DNA from: an uncultured Myxococcales bacterium
Lineage (GTDB): Bacteria > Myxococcota > UBA4151
DNA: 19,534 bases
Direction of reading: 5' to 3'
Assembly (NCBI GenBank): GCA_964013405.1
Contig: CAXGWI010000061.1
Span: forward strand, 1 to 19,534
Shown one piece after another: positions 1-8,827 of the stretch. The notes under the pieces were generated by a model. It worked only from the letters and a program-made list of their open reading frames with translations, did no database searches and had not been told where the DNA came from. Position numbers and translations under genes: made by a program. Each line of letters opens with the position of its first letter. Position 1 is the first letter of the stretch.

Positions 1-109
1 CGTCTGCAACTCTTCCAACGCAATTTCGGCCGTATTCACTGTCGTAGACTTTGCCGTCTGCAACTCTTCCAACGCAATTTCGGCCGTATTCACTGTCGTA
101 GACTTTGCC
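1..109. repeat. Perfect 54-bp tandem repeat, 2 copies visible
   Basis: Positions 1-54 and 55-108 are identical (cgtctgcaac...gtagactttgc). The unit is 18 codons. Confidence 0.97.
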
Positions 110-112
110 CAT
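1..112 (-). CDS. Tandem-repeat protein, 5' portion only (runs off the window edge); possibly beta-flower-like
   Basis: Not in the ORF track. Minus-strand ATG at 112-110 with AAGGA 7 nt upstream. Reads MGKVYDSEYGRNCVGRVADGKVYDSEYGRNCVGRVAD, open to position 1. Confidence 0.75.
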   Translation of the reverse strand, partial: MGKVYDSEYGRNCVGRVADGKVYDSEYGRNCVGRVAD

Positions 113-383
113 GATGAGTTCCTTTTTGAGTTACTGAATGCGCTACCATTTGATGCGGAATCATGTCCGATTTTTCAAGCCTGTGATCTGCTGGGGGCAG
201 GGTGCTGCTTTCGCCGCTAGAAGAGCGATAGCGCCATTGTGCGACGCCTAGCCTTTTCCTTGTCGAGCCTTAACCTCAGAAGGGTCATTGCATTCGAGAT
301 CACCGAGGCTGAAGCCTGACGAGTTCCCACTCGTTGGATGGGCCCGATCAAGTCGGCTCCATCAAGGCCTCAGAAATCTCTTA

Positions 384-674
384 TTACTTACCCTCTGATT
401 GCTGCATCATCTTCTTTCCTAACTTCTCCATGGCACAGTCGAAGGCCTTTTGCTGGGCAGCCTGCACCTTGTGCTCACCCCCATACATAAGATCTTGGGC
501 GTACTTTTCGGTGACGCTTTCGATACATTCCGAACGCTCACAGGCGCAGACTTCCTGAGCCCAACGCTCGAGATTGTCGGCCGGCGCAGGCTCCGGTGCA
601 GGCGACTTATTGCAAGCCCCCAGACCAAGGCCGAAAAAACAGAAGAGGGCGATTGCTTTAGGCCAAGCTGCCAT
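384..674 (-). CDS. Predicted small lipoprotein with Cys-rich helical domain
   Basis: Signal peptide with lipobox LGAC, Pro-rich linker, VCACERSEC motif and a later Cys; GAGGA upstream. Confidence 0.8.
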   Translation of the reverse strand: MAAWPKAIALFCFFGLGLGACNKSPAPEPAPADNLERWAQEVCACERSECIESVTEKYAQDLMYGGEHKVQAAQQKAFDCAMEKLGKKMMQQSEGK

Positions 675-904
675 GGCTGAATCCTCAGGTCTTCGGCGAG
701 CGTACGACCTCCAGTTCTAGGGCGCAACCTGCAGGGCCGGTAGCAGCCAGGCCAGTTGGCAAGACAGGCAATCGCTGATCTTCCAGGCCCAGACACAGCC
801 GGTCTAGCCCACAGAGTACAGTTACTCGGTGGGTCGAAGCCTCACAAACCCCCTATCAGCTTCAGCAAAAACGCGCGTAGAATACGCTATGAGGAGGCAG
901 GTTT

Positions 905-1111
905 ATGGCACAGATTGTCTACACGTTACGTGGTGTGAAAGCTTATGAATGGGCAAAAGAACACCCAGACGACCCGCTCTATATTGAACCGGTGGGTGCT
1001 CCCGATGATGGCAGCTCGGCAAGGGGTGTAAAAGTCGACCCGACTGCTCCGGAAGTGGAGGAAGTGCTCAAAGACGCCCCAGGCCGCTTAGCTTGCAATG
1101 TGATGGACTAA
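905..1111 (+). CDS. Small acidic hypothetical protein (68 aa)
   Basis: Strong GAGGAGG RBS before the ATG; protein-like composition; stop abuts the convergent gene. Confidence 0.7.
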   Translation: MAQIVYTLRGVKAYEWAKEHPDDPLYIEPVGAPDDGSSARGVKVDPTAPEVEEVLKDAPGRLACNVMD

Positions 1112-1115
1112 GGGC

Positions 1116-2279
1116 TCAAACGATCCCTTCGAGGAGCTCTTCGAGGCCTTGGCCTTGCTCATCGGGAAATGCGTAGCCTTTACGCACCACCTCGCCGTCT
1201 TTGTAGACCATGAAATAGGGTGAAGAGCTCACGCCTTCATTGATGGTCAGGTCCGAGATCTCAGCCATGGCGGGGTCGTTCGGGTTCCACCAAACCTTGT
1301 GGACGTCTAAGTCGTCGCCATACTTGTCGGCGACCGCACGTACCGAGTCGAGCTGCTCGAGCAGCAGACAGTGCATGCAGTAGGTGAGACCATACTTCAC
1401 CAGCACCGGCTTCTCGAAGGAGGCCTGGCGGACCTTGCGGTCAAACTCGGCCGCCGACTTGATGGTGTGCGCCTCGTTCCACTCGTTGTTGTAGTTGACC
1501 TGCATCATCTTCGCCGGGTCGTAGGCGTAGGAGGTCTTTCCGCTGGCAAGGATCTCCTGCTCGAGGAGCGCCAACTTCTCGATGTTCTTCCAGGTCTGGA
1601 GGCGCTGGTCTGCGCGCTCGGGGGAGCCGACCATGGAGAGGTACTCATTGGCTTTTTGGTTCTTGGCGTAGCGCAGCTCGTTGAGGGTCAACGCACCATC
1701 GCTGGAACGGGCGACGGTCTTGTCGGTGTACCAAGCCACCGCTTCAAAGAACCGGTCACCCGTGTGGGCGTTGGCGCCGAGCTTGGGGCTCAACACCGCC
1801 TCCTTGATCTTGCCGCCGTAGGTGCTCAGCGCACCCTGGTCCTGGACCTGCGCAATGAAGTCACCGAGTCGCTCATCGTTCCAGCCCGCCTGGCTGTATT
1901 GCTGATACAGGCTGTCGAGATCGGTTGCCGGTGCGCCCGTGTTGAGGGCGCTCCGAAGCGCGACCACCGATGGATAGACCGTGCCTGGGAGATTCGCTTG
2001 CTCCCCCTCGGAGAGCTTCCCATCACCGTCGCTGTCGACCAGCGCCACGGCCCTTGAGACATAGGAGCCGTAGGCTTCGACGTAGGCATCGGTAGGCAAG
2101 GGACCGCCCCGTAAATGCTTGTCGGCCGTGGCGTCTGCGAGCGGGCGGATGTCCGTGGCTAAGCCCTCCCGTTCGGAGGCGCTGACCTGACCATCGCCAT
2201 CGGTGTCGGCAGCGACGAAGCCAGCGTGGGTTCGGCGAGTTAAGGCCTCTGCAAGTTTGTTGTTCACTTCACTTGGCAT
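1116..2279 (-). CDS. EF-hand-motif protein with C-terminal thioredoxin-like domain
   Basis: Loops DTDGDGQVSASE and DSDGDGKLSEGE fit the EF-hand pattern. C-terminal KPVLVKYGLTYCMHC (CxxC) and GVSSSPYFMVYKDGEVV (cis-Pro region) fit the thioredoxin fold. AGGAG RBS. Confidence 0.85.
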   Translation of the reverse strand: MPSEVNNKLAEALTRRTHAGFVAADTDGDGQVSASEREGLATDIRPLADATADKHLRGGPLPTDAYVEAYGSYVSRAVALVDSDGDGKLSEGEQANLPGTVYPSVVALRSALNTGAPATDLDSLYQQYSQAGWNDERLGDFIAQVQDQGALSTYGGKIKEAVLSPKLGANAHTGDRFFEAVAWYTDKTVARSSDGALTLNELRYAKNQKANEYLSMVGSPERADQRLQTWKNIEKLALLEQEILASGKTSYAYDPAKMMQVNYNNEWNEAHTIKSAAEFDRKVRQASFEKPVLVKYGLTYCMHCLLLEQLDSVRAVADKYGDDLDVHKVWWNPNDPAMAEISDLTINEGVSSSPYFMVYKDGEVVRKGYAFPDEQGQGLEELLEGIV

Positions 2280-2410
2280 GACATCTCCTATCGCTCACGC
2301 AGGACATTATCGAACAAACACGCTTGGGGTTGCTTGAAAGGGTGGCATCGTCTCGATGACGTGGGCCGCTGCTATGGCTGCCGGGGCCTCAGGGCCTGGT
2401 TTAACCTGCT

Positions 2411-2449
2411 CCACTGGGGGGTGATCGTCTGTCGTGCTCGCCCCAGTGG
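2411..2449. other. Intergenic inverted repeat (stem-loop)
   Basis: ccactgggg (2411-2419) and ccccagtgg (2441-2449) are perfect reverse complements, lying between divergent genes. Confidence 0.5.
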
Positions 2450-2536
2450 GCTGGGGGAGATGCATTCTTCAAAATGGCCTAGCGGACTTGTCGCAACGGT
2501 CTTGAAGACGTAGGTGCAATCTACTCAAAGGGGGGG

Positions 2537-2971
2537 ATGATGGAACTTAACTTTGATGTGGGCTTCTTGTGCGATGCTCGCCATGGCCCAGACAATAGTT
2601 CGCTTTTCGAGTTCTCATTTGAACTGGACGTCGATGCCATGGAGGCGGCGGGTCTCGGCCATCACGCCATGTTTTCCTTTGTTGTCGATTTCGCGACGGG
2701 TCATGCGGTCCGACTCACAAGCGACGGCTCGGCGGCGGTCATCGCAGCAGCTCAGATCTATCCCCCTTACCTCGAGGACGGTGCCGGGATGGGCACCGAG
2801 CTGGTCGCCAAGTTTAGTGAGGCGGGCGGCGCCGGCGACACCATCTATGAATGCTTATCCTTCGAGTACGCCGAGCCGATGGACAAAGGATTGTTAGCCT
2901 ACCAAGATGAGATTGGCGGCGCATTCTTCGGGATTTGTCAGCGGGTTTTGGACTTCGTCAAAGCCCGTTAA
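2537..2971 (+). CDS. Acidic hypothetical protein (144 aa)
   Basis: G-rich RBS-like run before ATGATG; fills the gap between neighbours; no recognised motif. Confidence 0.7.
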   Translation: MMELNFDVGFLCDARHGPDNSSLFEFSFELDVDAMEAAGLGHHAMFSFVVDFATGHAVRLTSDGSAAVIAAAQIYPPYLEDGAGMGTELVAKFSEAGGAGDTIYECLSFEYAEPMDKGLLAYQDEIGGAFFGICQRVLDFVKAR

Positions 2972-2982
2972 AGGCCTTGTGC

Positions 2983-3351
2983 CTATTCTTCTTCCACGCC
3001 CTCGGGAATTAGGAAGGCGGTCGCCCCTTCGAGGGGGCCGCTGAAGACAATACCGCCCATCGGGCGGTTCACATTCGCTTTCTCGAAGACGAAATCGAAA
3101 ATCTCGTCGGCCCGGTCTGCAGCCACGATGACCGTCAACAGCCGGAGCGCTTTCGGTCGGCTCCCTGCACGAAACCCTCGCCCAGGTCGCCCGACCGCCC
3201 CGATCCCTCGACAGGTGATTTGATGGGCCGTGAGGATGTTCTTCTCATCCTTGAGCGCATGAATCACTTGATGAATGAGCGATTCATCATCGGGCAGAAT
3301 CGCCCAAATCTGCTTGCTGGCTTCCATCGCAATGGGCTCGTTCATGATCAA
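2983..3351 (-). CDS. Divergent PII-superfamily protein (second of pair)
   Basis: TCRGIG loop, LLTVIVAADRADEIFDFVF and RPMGGIVF match the PII fold pattern; 4-bp overlap with the upstream PII gene. Confidence 0.8.
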   Translation of the reverse strand: MIMNEPIAMEASKQIWAILPDDESLIHQVIHALKDEKNILTAHQITCRGIGAVGRPGRGFRAGSRPKALRLLTVIVAADRADEIFDFVFEKANVNRPMGGIVFSGPLEGATAFLIPEGVEEE

Positions 3352-3725
3352 CTGGCTCCGGCCGGTTGGGCTTGAAGTCGCTCAAGGACATCTTCGGGTA
3401 CATAGGTCGCCGCTTTGTCCAAGGGGGTGATGAACGCAATGCCCATGCCCGGTGTATCGAGCTTACCGGCCAAGTAGATGCTGTTGAAGACCACCTCTTT
3501 TTGGTGCGAGGAGACGATGATATTCACCACCTCCTTCTCCACCTCAACGGCAACCCCTAGGACGCCGAGGCGCTCGCGGATTCCGCCGCCTTTTGCGAAG
3601 TAGACCGTCGCCCCCTGGGCGCCAGCACCCTGGGCAGCACGGACGATATCTTCGCCGGCACCCCGCTGAACGATGCAGGTAATCAATGCCACATCCGATA
3701 AATAAACAATCTGCCGTGCGCTCAT
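3348..3725 (-). CDS. PII-family regulator-like protein
   Basis: LITCIVQRG, AGAQGATV..AKGGG, VEKEVVNIIV and LDTPGMGIAFITPL are typical PII-superfamily motifs; ATGA overlaps on both sides. Confidence 0.9.
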   Translation of the reverse strand: MSARQIVYLSDVALITCIVQRGAGEDIVRAAQGAGAQGATVYFAKGGGIRERLGVLGVAVEVEKEVVNIIVSSHQKEVVFNSIYLAGKLDTPGMGIAFITPLDKAATYVPEDVLERLQAQPAGAS

Positions 3726-5506
3726 GCCTCAACCTCCTCAGACCCTTGGTCGCCCCAAGCTTTCTCATCCATGGCAGCCTGCCGCTTCTCGCGGTACTGC
3801 ACCCAAAGTCCGGTCGCCATCACCGATAAAATAGGCCCGATCGAAGCCATCGCCAGAATGCCAAAGCCTTCAACCGCGCCCAACGCATTGCCAAAGCCGA
3901 GACCCATCGCCAGGACCAAGGGCACGGTGATGGGGCCCGTGGTGACCCCCGCACTGTCCCAGGCGATGTTCACGTATTCCTCCGTTGAGAATATCGTGAA
4001 CAAGATGCTCACCAAATAAAGGGGGATCAAAAGCCAGGCTAACTTCAAGTCAAACATAATTTTCGCGAGCCCAAGGGCGATGCCAAAAGCAACACCCAAA
4101 GAGACCGCCATCATCAAGGTCGACTTCTTAAACACGCCGTTGGTCAGGTTCTCGACGGTGTCGCCCAACGCGTTGAGCGCAGGCTCCGCCAGGGTCGCAC
4201 CAAAACCGAGGGCCCAGGCAAAGAGCAGCGCCAAACCGAGCCCGAGCCCGTAAACGTACAGTGGGGAGTTCGCGACCAACTCCAATTTCATATAGGCTGC
4301 AGGGACCAAGCTGCCTGATTGGTTACCAAGTTCCGATAGACCGTAAACTAAACCGAGGCTGAAGATCACCATGCCCAGGACCGAAAGCCCGATACCGTAA
4401 GCGATCACACCCGCATGGTGCATCGGTGCCCGAAGGAGCACTTTAAGCACCAACACCAGGAAGATCACCAAGGGCATGATCGCTCGCACACCGCCGACCA
4501 CTTCACGCCCCGGGGTCTTCAGGTACCAAGGGACCTGCGCCACGTCTGCTGAGACCGCCACCGATGCCTTGGCGGCGGCGATGATGGCCTGAGGATCGGT
4601 GGTATATTGAACAAAGATGCCTAAGCCGAGCACGCCGATGATTGGGAAGAGCGAAGCCAGGGTCACAATGCCAAAGCCCGAAAGCTTGTTCTCTCCTTTG
4701 CCTGCAGCCCCGGCGATACCGATCCCCAAAGACAGCACCAAAGGCACTGTCACCGGACCGGTTGTGACCGCCCCACAATCCCAAGCAAGGCCGATGACCT
4801 TGGACAGCTCGGGATCCAGGTACGCATAGATGGTCAGCCCCAAGGCCGGGGCCAAGGCACAGTAGATCATCGGCTTCAGGCTCCATCCATAGATGAAACG
4901 GAGCGTCCCAAGGACCGCCGCCAGACCCACGCCTGCACCCACCACCATGACCAGGATTTCAGACCATTGGTTCAGCAAGGCAAAGAGGTAAGGCGCCTTC
5001 TCAACCTGCACGATCTTTCCGGCTTCTTTCAAGGCACCAATGGCGGGCTCTGCGAAGGTGACCCCGATGCCCAGGAGCAGGGCGACCAGCAAGACAAGGG
5101 GCAAGGGTGATTTCTTCGGCAGGGTGTTCCCGATGACCTCACCAAAGGGCATGAGACCGAGCTTCAGACCCTCCATAAAGAGCATCAGCCCGATAATGAC
5201 CTCGAGGAGGCCTAAGGAAATAATCGATGGGTCCTGCACGGTCTGGCGCAGAATCAGGAGTTGAAAGAGCACCAGGTAGAGCGCCAGCGGCACGACCGCT
5301 TTGACCTGCTCCATGAACCGGCCCTGGCTGTAGTTGCGCACCAAGCGCACCGCATCGATCATGCGCAGCTTGACCTTCTCTGGCTCATAATCCGGCATGG
5401 ATCCGTCGGGTTGCGGCTCCAGCTTTGGGGTCAGCGCGTTGTAGCTCACTTCAACGCGATCAACAGCCACCTCGCGCTGATAATCTAAGTAGCGAATCTT
5501 CTCCAT
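3722..5506 (-). CDS. DUF1538 double-domain membrane protein (putative transporter)
   Basis: Two internal copies of the DUF1538 signatures: TFAEPA/TLAEPA and AWDCGAVTTGPVTVPLVL/AWDSAGVTTGPITVPLVL. Many TM segments; followed by PII genes as is usual for this family. Confidence 0.93.
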   Translation of the reverse strand: MEKIRYLDYQREVAVDRVEVSYNALTPKLEPQPDGSMPDYEPEKVKLRMIDAVRLVRNYSQGRFMEQVKAVVPLALYLVLFQLLILRQTVQDPSIISLGLLEVIIGLMLFMEGLKLGLMPFGEVIGNTLPKKSPLPLVLLVALLLGIGVTFAEPAIGALKEAGKIVQVEKAPYLFALLNQWSEILVMVVGAGVGLAAVLGTLRFIYGWSLKPMIYCALAPALGLTIYAYLDPELSKVIGLAWDCGAVTTGPVTVPLVLSLGIGIAGAAGKGENKLSGFGIVTLASLFPIIGVLGLGIFVQYTTDPQAIIAAAKASVAVSADVAQVPWYLKTPGREVVGGVRAIMPLVIFLVLVLKVLLRAPMHHAGVIAYGIGLSVLGMVIFSLGLVYGLSELGNQSGSLVPAAYMKLELVANSPLYVYGLGLGLALLFAWALGFGATLAEPALNALGDTVENLTNGVFKKSTLMMAVSLGVAFGIALGLAKIMFDLKLAWLLIPLYLVSILFTIFSTEEYVNIAWDSAGVTTGPITVPLVLAMGLGFGNALGAVEGFGILAMASIGPILSVMATGLWVQYREKRQAAMDEKAWGDQGSEEVEA

Positions 5507-5826
5507 GAGACGTCGCGCCCTCTCTGAAACCGAATCAACATAGATCTTAGTTGGCCCACAAAGAAAACCCCCTTTGTTACGAGTTGGGAAAAACTCGATC
5601 GCAAATCAACTTGCAGCCGATTTCAAACAGGACCCACAAGTCCATTTTAACTCGACCGCCCCGACAAGTTTCCGCCCTGGGCGTTCCGGGGTCGGCGGGC
5701 GGTTTCGTGCCGTCTCAATGGCTTGATACGATGCCAGACCACCGATGCTGTCACAGTGGCTTTACTGGTCACAATGCTAGCGGGCTGCTAAGTCTACGCC
5801 ACAGCGCTACACAGAGGAAGCCTGCA

Positions 5827-6180
5827 ATGACGAAGCCAGAACTCATCAAGGTCTATTTCTACCACACCTATGCGGAGGGACAGTACTCGCCCTCGGAGGC
5901 GGAGCTTCAGGATGCGATCAATAATCAACCGCTTGGCGGTGTTTTCTCTGGGGTCCCAAGCGACCGCTCGGCGATTACTGACTACGACGCAATGACAACG
6001 ACGAAGCAATTCTTCACGACGAAGGTCCACGCCGTGTACGAAGGCGGACACACCCTTGATGTCTGGACTGACCTTAACTCTCTAGGTGACAAGTCCTGGA
6101 TGGGGTTCAGCGACTATTGTGACCTCGAGGGCATGCTGGGCGACTACGCATGGGAACTCCCCGATCTCGCTGAAGACTAG
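5827..6180 (+). CDS. Acidic hypothetical protein (117 aa)
   Basis: Start revised from TTG 5551 to ATG 5827 (MTKPELIK), which follows GAGGA; the upstream extension is not protein-like. Confidence 0.7.
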   Translation: MTKPELIKVYFYHTYAEGQYSPSEAELQDAINNQPLGGVFSGVPSDRSAITDYDAMTTTKQFFTTKVHAVYEGGHTLDVWTDLNSLGDKSWMGFSDYCDLEGMLGDYAWELPDLAED

Positions 6181-6184
6181 GGAG

Positions 6185-6231
6185 GGGGGGCGACTTGCTG
6201 CCCCCATTTGAGCGCCTTAAGGGCGCCTCAG
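6185..6231. terminator. Two adjacent GC-rich hairpins, possible terminator region between convergent genes
   Basis: gggggcg...tgccccc followed by tgagcgcc-ttaag-ggcgcctca (one bulge), directly after the stop at 6180; no strong U-tract. Confidence 0.35.
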
Positions 6232-6355
6232 CCGATGACGAGTTCATGGGGGAACTCCCGTGCTGAGAAACGCGTTCTCGGCCTTAGAGCCCAAAGACTC
6301 CGTTTACTGGACGGAAATCTTGAAGCCACGGGCTTAGCCCGCTGCGTCGTCGGGA

Positions 6356-7690
6356 TCAGTTACAATGCTTGTTAATCTCGGGCCCGCAGACGCTATCCAC
6401 ACAGGCCTTGCTCAAACACTCTTTAGAGTCCGCGCACGTCGCGCCCTCGGCTTGTCGTTCAGCGCATTCGAAGTCAGCATCACAATAGAGCCCAGTTTTG
6501 CACGACCTGTATGAAGGGCAGTGGTCGCCAACGTCGCCGAAGAGATCACAGGTGCCACCTCGATAGCTACATTGTCCTTCAACACCGCACAGTGCATTTC
6601 GTTCACCCGATTCCCCTTCACAACTCTGCCAGTCCCCGACGGTCTCCTTTTGGCATGTTCCGTTGACGCACATAGCGCCGTCTCGGCAGAGAATTGGCGT
6701 TTGCTCGTTTTCGATGCTCGAGCATGGCTCGCCCAAGCCGGCTAACGTCACCGTCGTGCAAATCCCATCGATGCAGAGATCATTGAGATTGGCGCAAGCG
6801 CTGTCACTCCCGCGGACTCCCGATGAGCAGCGTTCACCCGTTGGCACAGGCCATGGGGGGCGGAGACAGAACCGACCATTGTCTGTTCGGCGACAATGGG
6901 TTCCAAAAATACATTCCTCGTCCTCGTTACAGGCAGAGCCTTCACCGCGCAGAAAATCGCAAGTACCACAGTGGCCCCGAAGCACGGGGCGAGGCGTTTC
7001 CCAGGCTTCGACTTCGGTCCTGCACCAACCCGTTTCGCATTCGAGATGGCTACCGCAGGCATCAGCCACGGGGAGTCTGGGTTGTATGAATTCCCGGCAG
7101 GGGGTGGGGTCATCAAAATAGGTCATGGTGTTCATCATGTGCCAGCGCCACTGAATGGGATTGATGAGCTGCTGCCAGCCATCAGAAAAGTCTGGAACCA
7201 TGCGCTTTTGCCAGGTGCACTCATCCTGGAGCGAAGCGACGCAGGCATCGACTTTCCTGGTATCAACGGACACGCGATCCGCAGCAATCAGAGCTTGAAG
7301 GTAACCATCTGCGAGTAATTGCTCTCGGCACAAATCAGCATCAGTGAGGAGGTGGTAGATCGGGTCTGCGATCCCATTGTTGAGCCATGAATGAATGGCC
7401 AAAGCCCCGTGGGCGGTGTTGGTACAGCGGTCTACGGCACCACAGATTCCATCCACGAAGCGGTCCAATGCCGCCTCGATGCTGATCGCCTCCCCCGCAT
7501 CCGGACTTTGGCCACCAGCGCCCCCATCGGGGCTTTGGCCCCCCGCTCCAGCATCTTGATCGTCCGCGCCTTGAGCCGCGTCAGGCCTGGATGCTTCCGA
7601 ACCGGCATCGGGGGAGGTGTCGCCGTCAGGGGCAGGGGCGGGGCAACCGAAGATGAGCAAACAGGAAAGCGTGGCAGGGATCGTGCGCAT
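6356..7690 (-). CDS. Cys-rich lipoprotein with multiple small disulfide repeats (Dickkopf N-terminal/EB-like, myxobacterial type)
   Basis: Lipobox-like LIFGC, DAG-rich linker, then repeated GxxCxxxxxCxxGxxC units through the C-terminal half. Confidence 0.85.
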   Translation of the reverse strand: MRTIPATLSCLLIFGCPAPAPDGDTSPDAGSEASRPDAAQGADDQDAGAGGQSPDGGAGGQSPDAGEAISIEAALDRFVDGICGAVDRCTNTAHGALAIHSWLNNGIADPIYHLLTDADLCREQLLADGYLQALIAADRVSVDTRKVDACVASLQDECTWQKRMVPDFSDGWQQLINPIQWRWHMMNTMTYFDDPTPCREFIQPRLPVADACGSHLECETGWCRTEVEAWETPRPVLRGHCGTCDFLRGEGSACNEDEECIFGTHCRRTDNGRFCLRPPWPVPTGERCSSGVRGSDSACANLNDLCIDGICTTVTLAGLGEPCSSIENEQTPILCRDGAMCVNGTCQKETVGDWQSCEGESGERNALCGVEGQCSYRGGTCDLFGDVGDHCPSYRSCKTGLYCDADFECAERQAEGATCADSKECLSKACVDSVCGPEINKHCN

Positions 7691-7935
7691 GGTGTCAAAC
7701 CCAACAAGTTCTGAGCTGATGTCTATGTGATAAACCCGGCCAAAAGCAATTTAGAGAGAGCCCTTCGGCGGTTGCTGGTCCCGCGATCCATTCGGCGGTT
7801 TTGGGGGCTTTTCGTCGAGAGCTATCCTCATCTTCAGGGCTGGGCCTTGACGGCTCCCGTTGAGGGTGCCGCTTCTTATTGACAATGGGTTCTCACGAGT
7901 GCTCAGAGCTCCCAAAACGATGGGGGATAACATCC

Positions 7936-8553
7936 ATGACCGAAGAAGTAGAGCCACTCTTGGATCAGGGGCATGTGGATCGGTTTGGGGTTTTTGCGAG
8001 TTCGGCCTGTGCCCTTCACTGTGCTGTCTGTGCACTGGTTCCGGCAGCTTTTGCCGTTCTGGGCCTGGACTTTCTGCTCGGGCCAAAAGCTGAGTGGATC
8101 CTCACACTGGTTGCCGTTGGATTTGGTTGCCTTGCGATTTATCTGGGCTGGAAGAGCCACCGACAAACGCTTCCGTTCACCTTGCTGGGGCTAGGTATCG
8201 TCGGGCTACTGGCGGTGCGAATCATGGCGGGCCATGGCGATCATCATGCCCACTCAGACCATGATCAAACGACTGCGCACCATGAGCGCAGTGAGCATGG
8301 GGACCACGGGGAGAATGGGAAACACGCGGAGGATGGGAAACACGCGGAGGATGGGAAACACGCGGAGGATGGGAAACACGCGGAGCATGGGGACCACGGG
8401 GAGCACGATGAACATGATGAGCACCACGACCATGGTCCAGGTGAAGGTTTGGGCGTGCTCGCTGGTCTCATCCTCGCGATCGGCCACTTGGCCAACCTTC
8501 GGGCCATGAGAGGTCAGGCCCATGAGGAACCATCGGAATCCGAGCCTGCTTAA
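7936..8553 (+). CDS. MerC-domain membrane protein with His-rich insert
   Basis: DRFGVFASSACALHC is the MerC-family N-terminal motif; GWKSHR; final TM ending GHLANLR. Start revised to ATG 7936 after a GGGGGA RBS-like site. No other mer genes nearby, so merC symbol withheld. Confidence 0.85.
   Translation: MTEEVEPLLDQGHVDRFGVFASSACALHCAVCALVPAAFAVLGLDFLLGPKAEWILTLVAVGFGCLAIYLGWKSHRQTLPFTLLGLGIVGLLAVRIMAGHGDHHAHSDHDQTTAHHERSEHGDHGENGKHAEDGKHAEDGKHAEDGKHAEHGDHGEHDEHDEHHDHGPGEGLGVLAGLILAIGHLANLRAMRGQAHEEPSESEPA
8293..8400 (+). repeat. 18-bp coding tandem repeat, 6 units
   Basis: gagcatggggaccacggg, gagaatgggaaacacgcg, 3x gaggatgggaaacacgcg, gagcatggggaccacggg; encodes EHGDHG-ENGKHA-(EDGKHA)3-EHGDHG. 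Confidence 0.95.
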
Positions 8554-8671
8554 TCAATCGCTAGATCAATGCAAAGAAGCTCTGGCTGTCGGAGGCGCGT
8601 GATCCGGCTACTTTGTACCGGCTAAGTGCGATGGGAAGCGACAGGGAGAGAGGGGTAGGTGTGCCGGCAGT

Positions 8672-8827
8672 CTAACTGCTGCTGCGCATATACGATGCCA
8701 GCATGCCTAGGCCAAGCCCAATCATGCCGCCAATCCATAGGCCGGTACTGGTTCCCAAGTCAGGCCTAGCGACGCCGATAGCGGCACCGATGCCACCGCC
8801 GAGAATGACACCGGCTCCAATCAGCAT
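8672..8827 (-). CDS. Small glycine-zipper membrane protein (51 aa)
   Basis: Below the ORF-track cutoff. Reads MLIGAGVILGGGIGAAIGVARPDLGTSTGLWIGGMIGLGLGMLASYMRSSS, with two GxxxG-rich hydrophobic segments. Confidence 0.7.
   Translation of the reverse strand: MLIGAGVILGGGIGAAIGVARPDLGTSTGLWIGGMIGLGLGMLASYMRSSS

Noticed and set aside
1..109. CRISPR array
   Set aside because: Units are contiguous with no unique spacers, are a multiple of 3 and are in frame with a start codon; no cas genes.
296..380. Hammerhead ribozyme (GAGAUC...CUGACGA...GAAAUCUC)
   Set aside because: Core words and stem III are present, but stems I and II do not close next to the core (A opposite C and G opposite A at the required first pairs).
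1371..2057. 228-aa plus-strand ORF
   Set aside because: Antisense shadow of the EF-hand/thioredoxin gene.
2399..2460. Integron attC site
   Set aside because: GTTTAAC precedes a hairpin but there is no matching GTTRRRY box; flanking genes are divergent and no integrase is seen.
5645..5706. attC site or riboswitch at a bulged GC-rich hairpin
   Set aside because: No RYYYAAC/GTTRRRY pair and no recognisable aptamer motif; compatible with chance pairing.
7936..8553. Mercury-resistance operon
   Set aside because: No merA, merR, merT or merP in the window; stand-alone MerC-domain genes are common.
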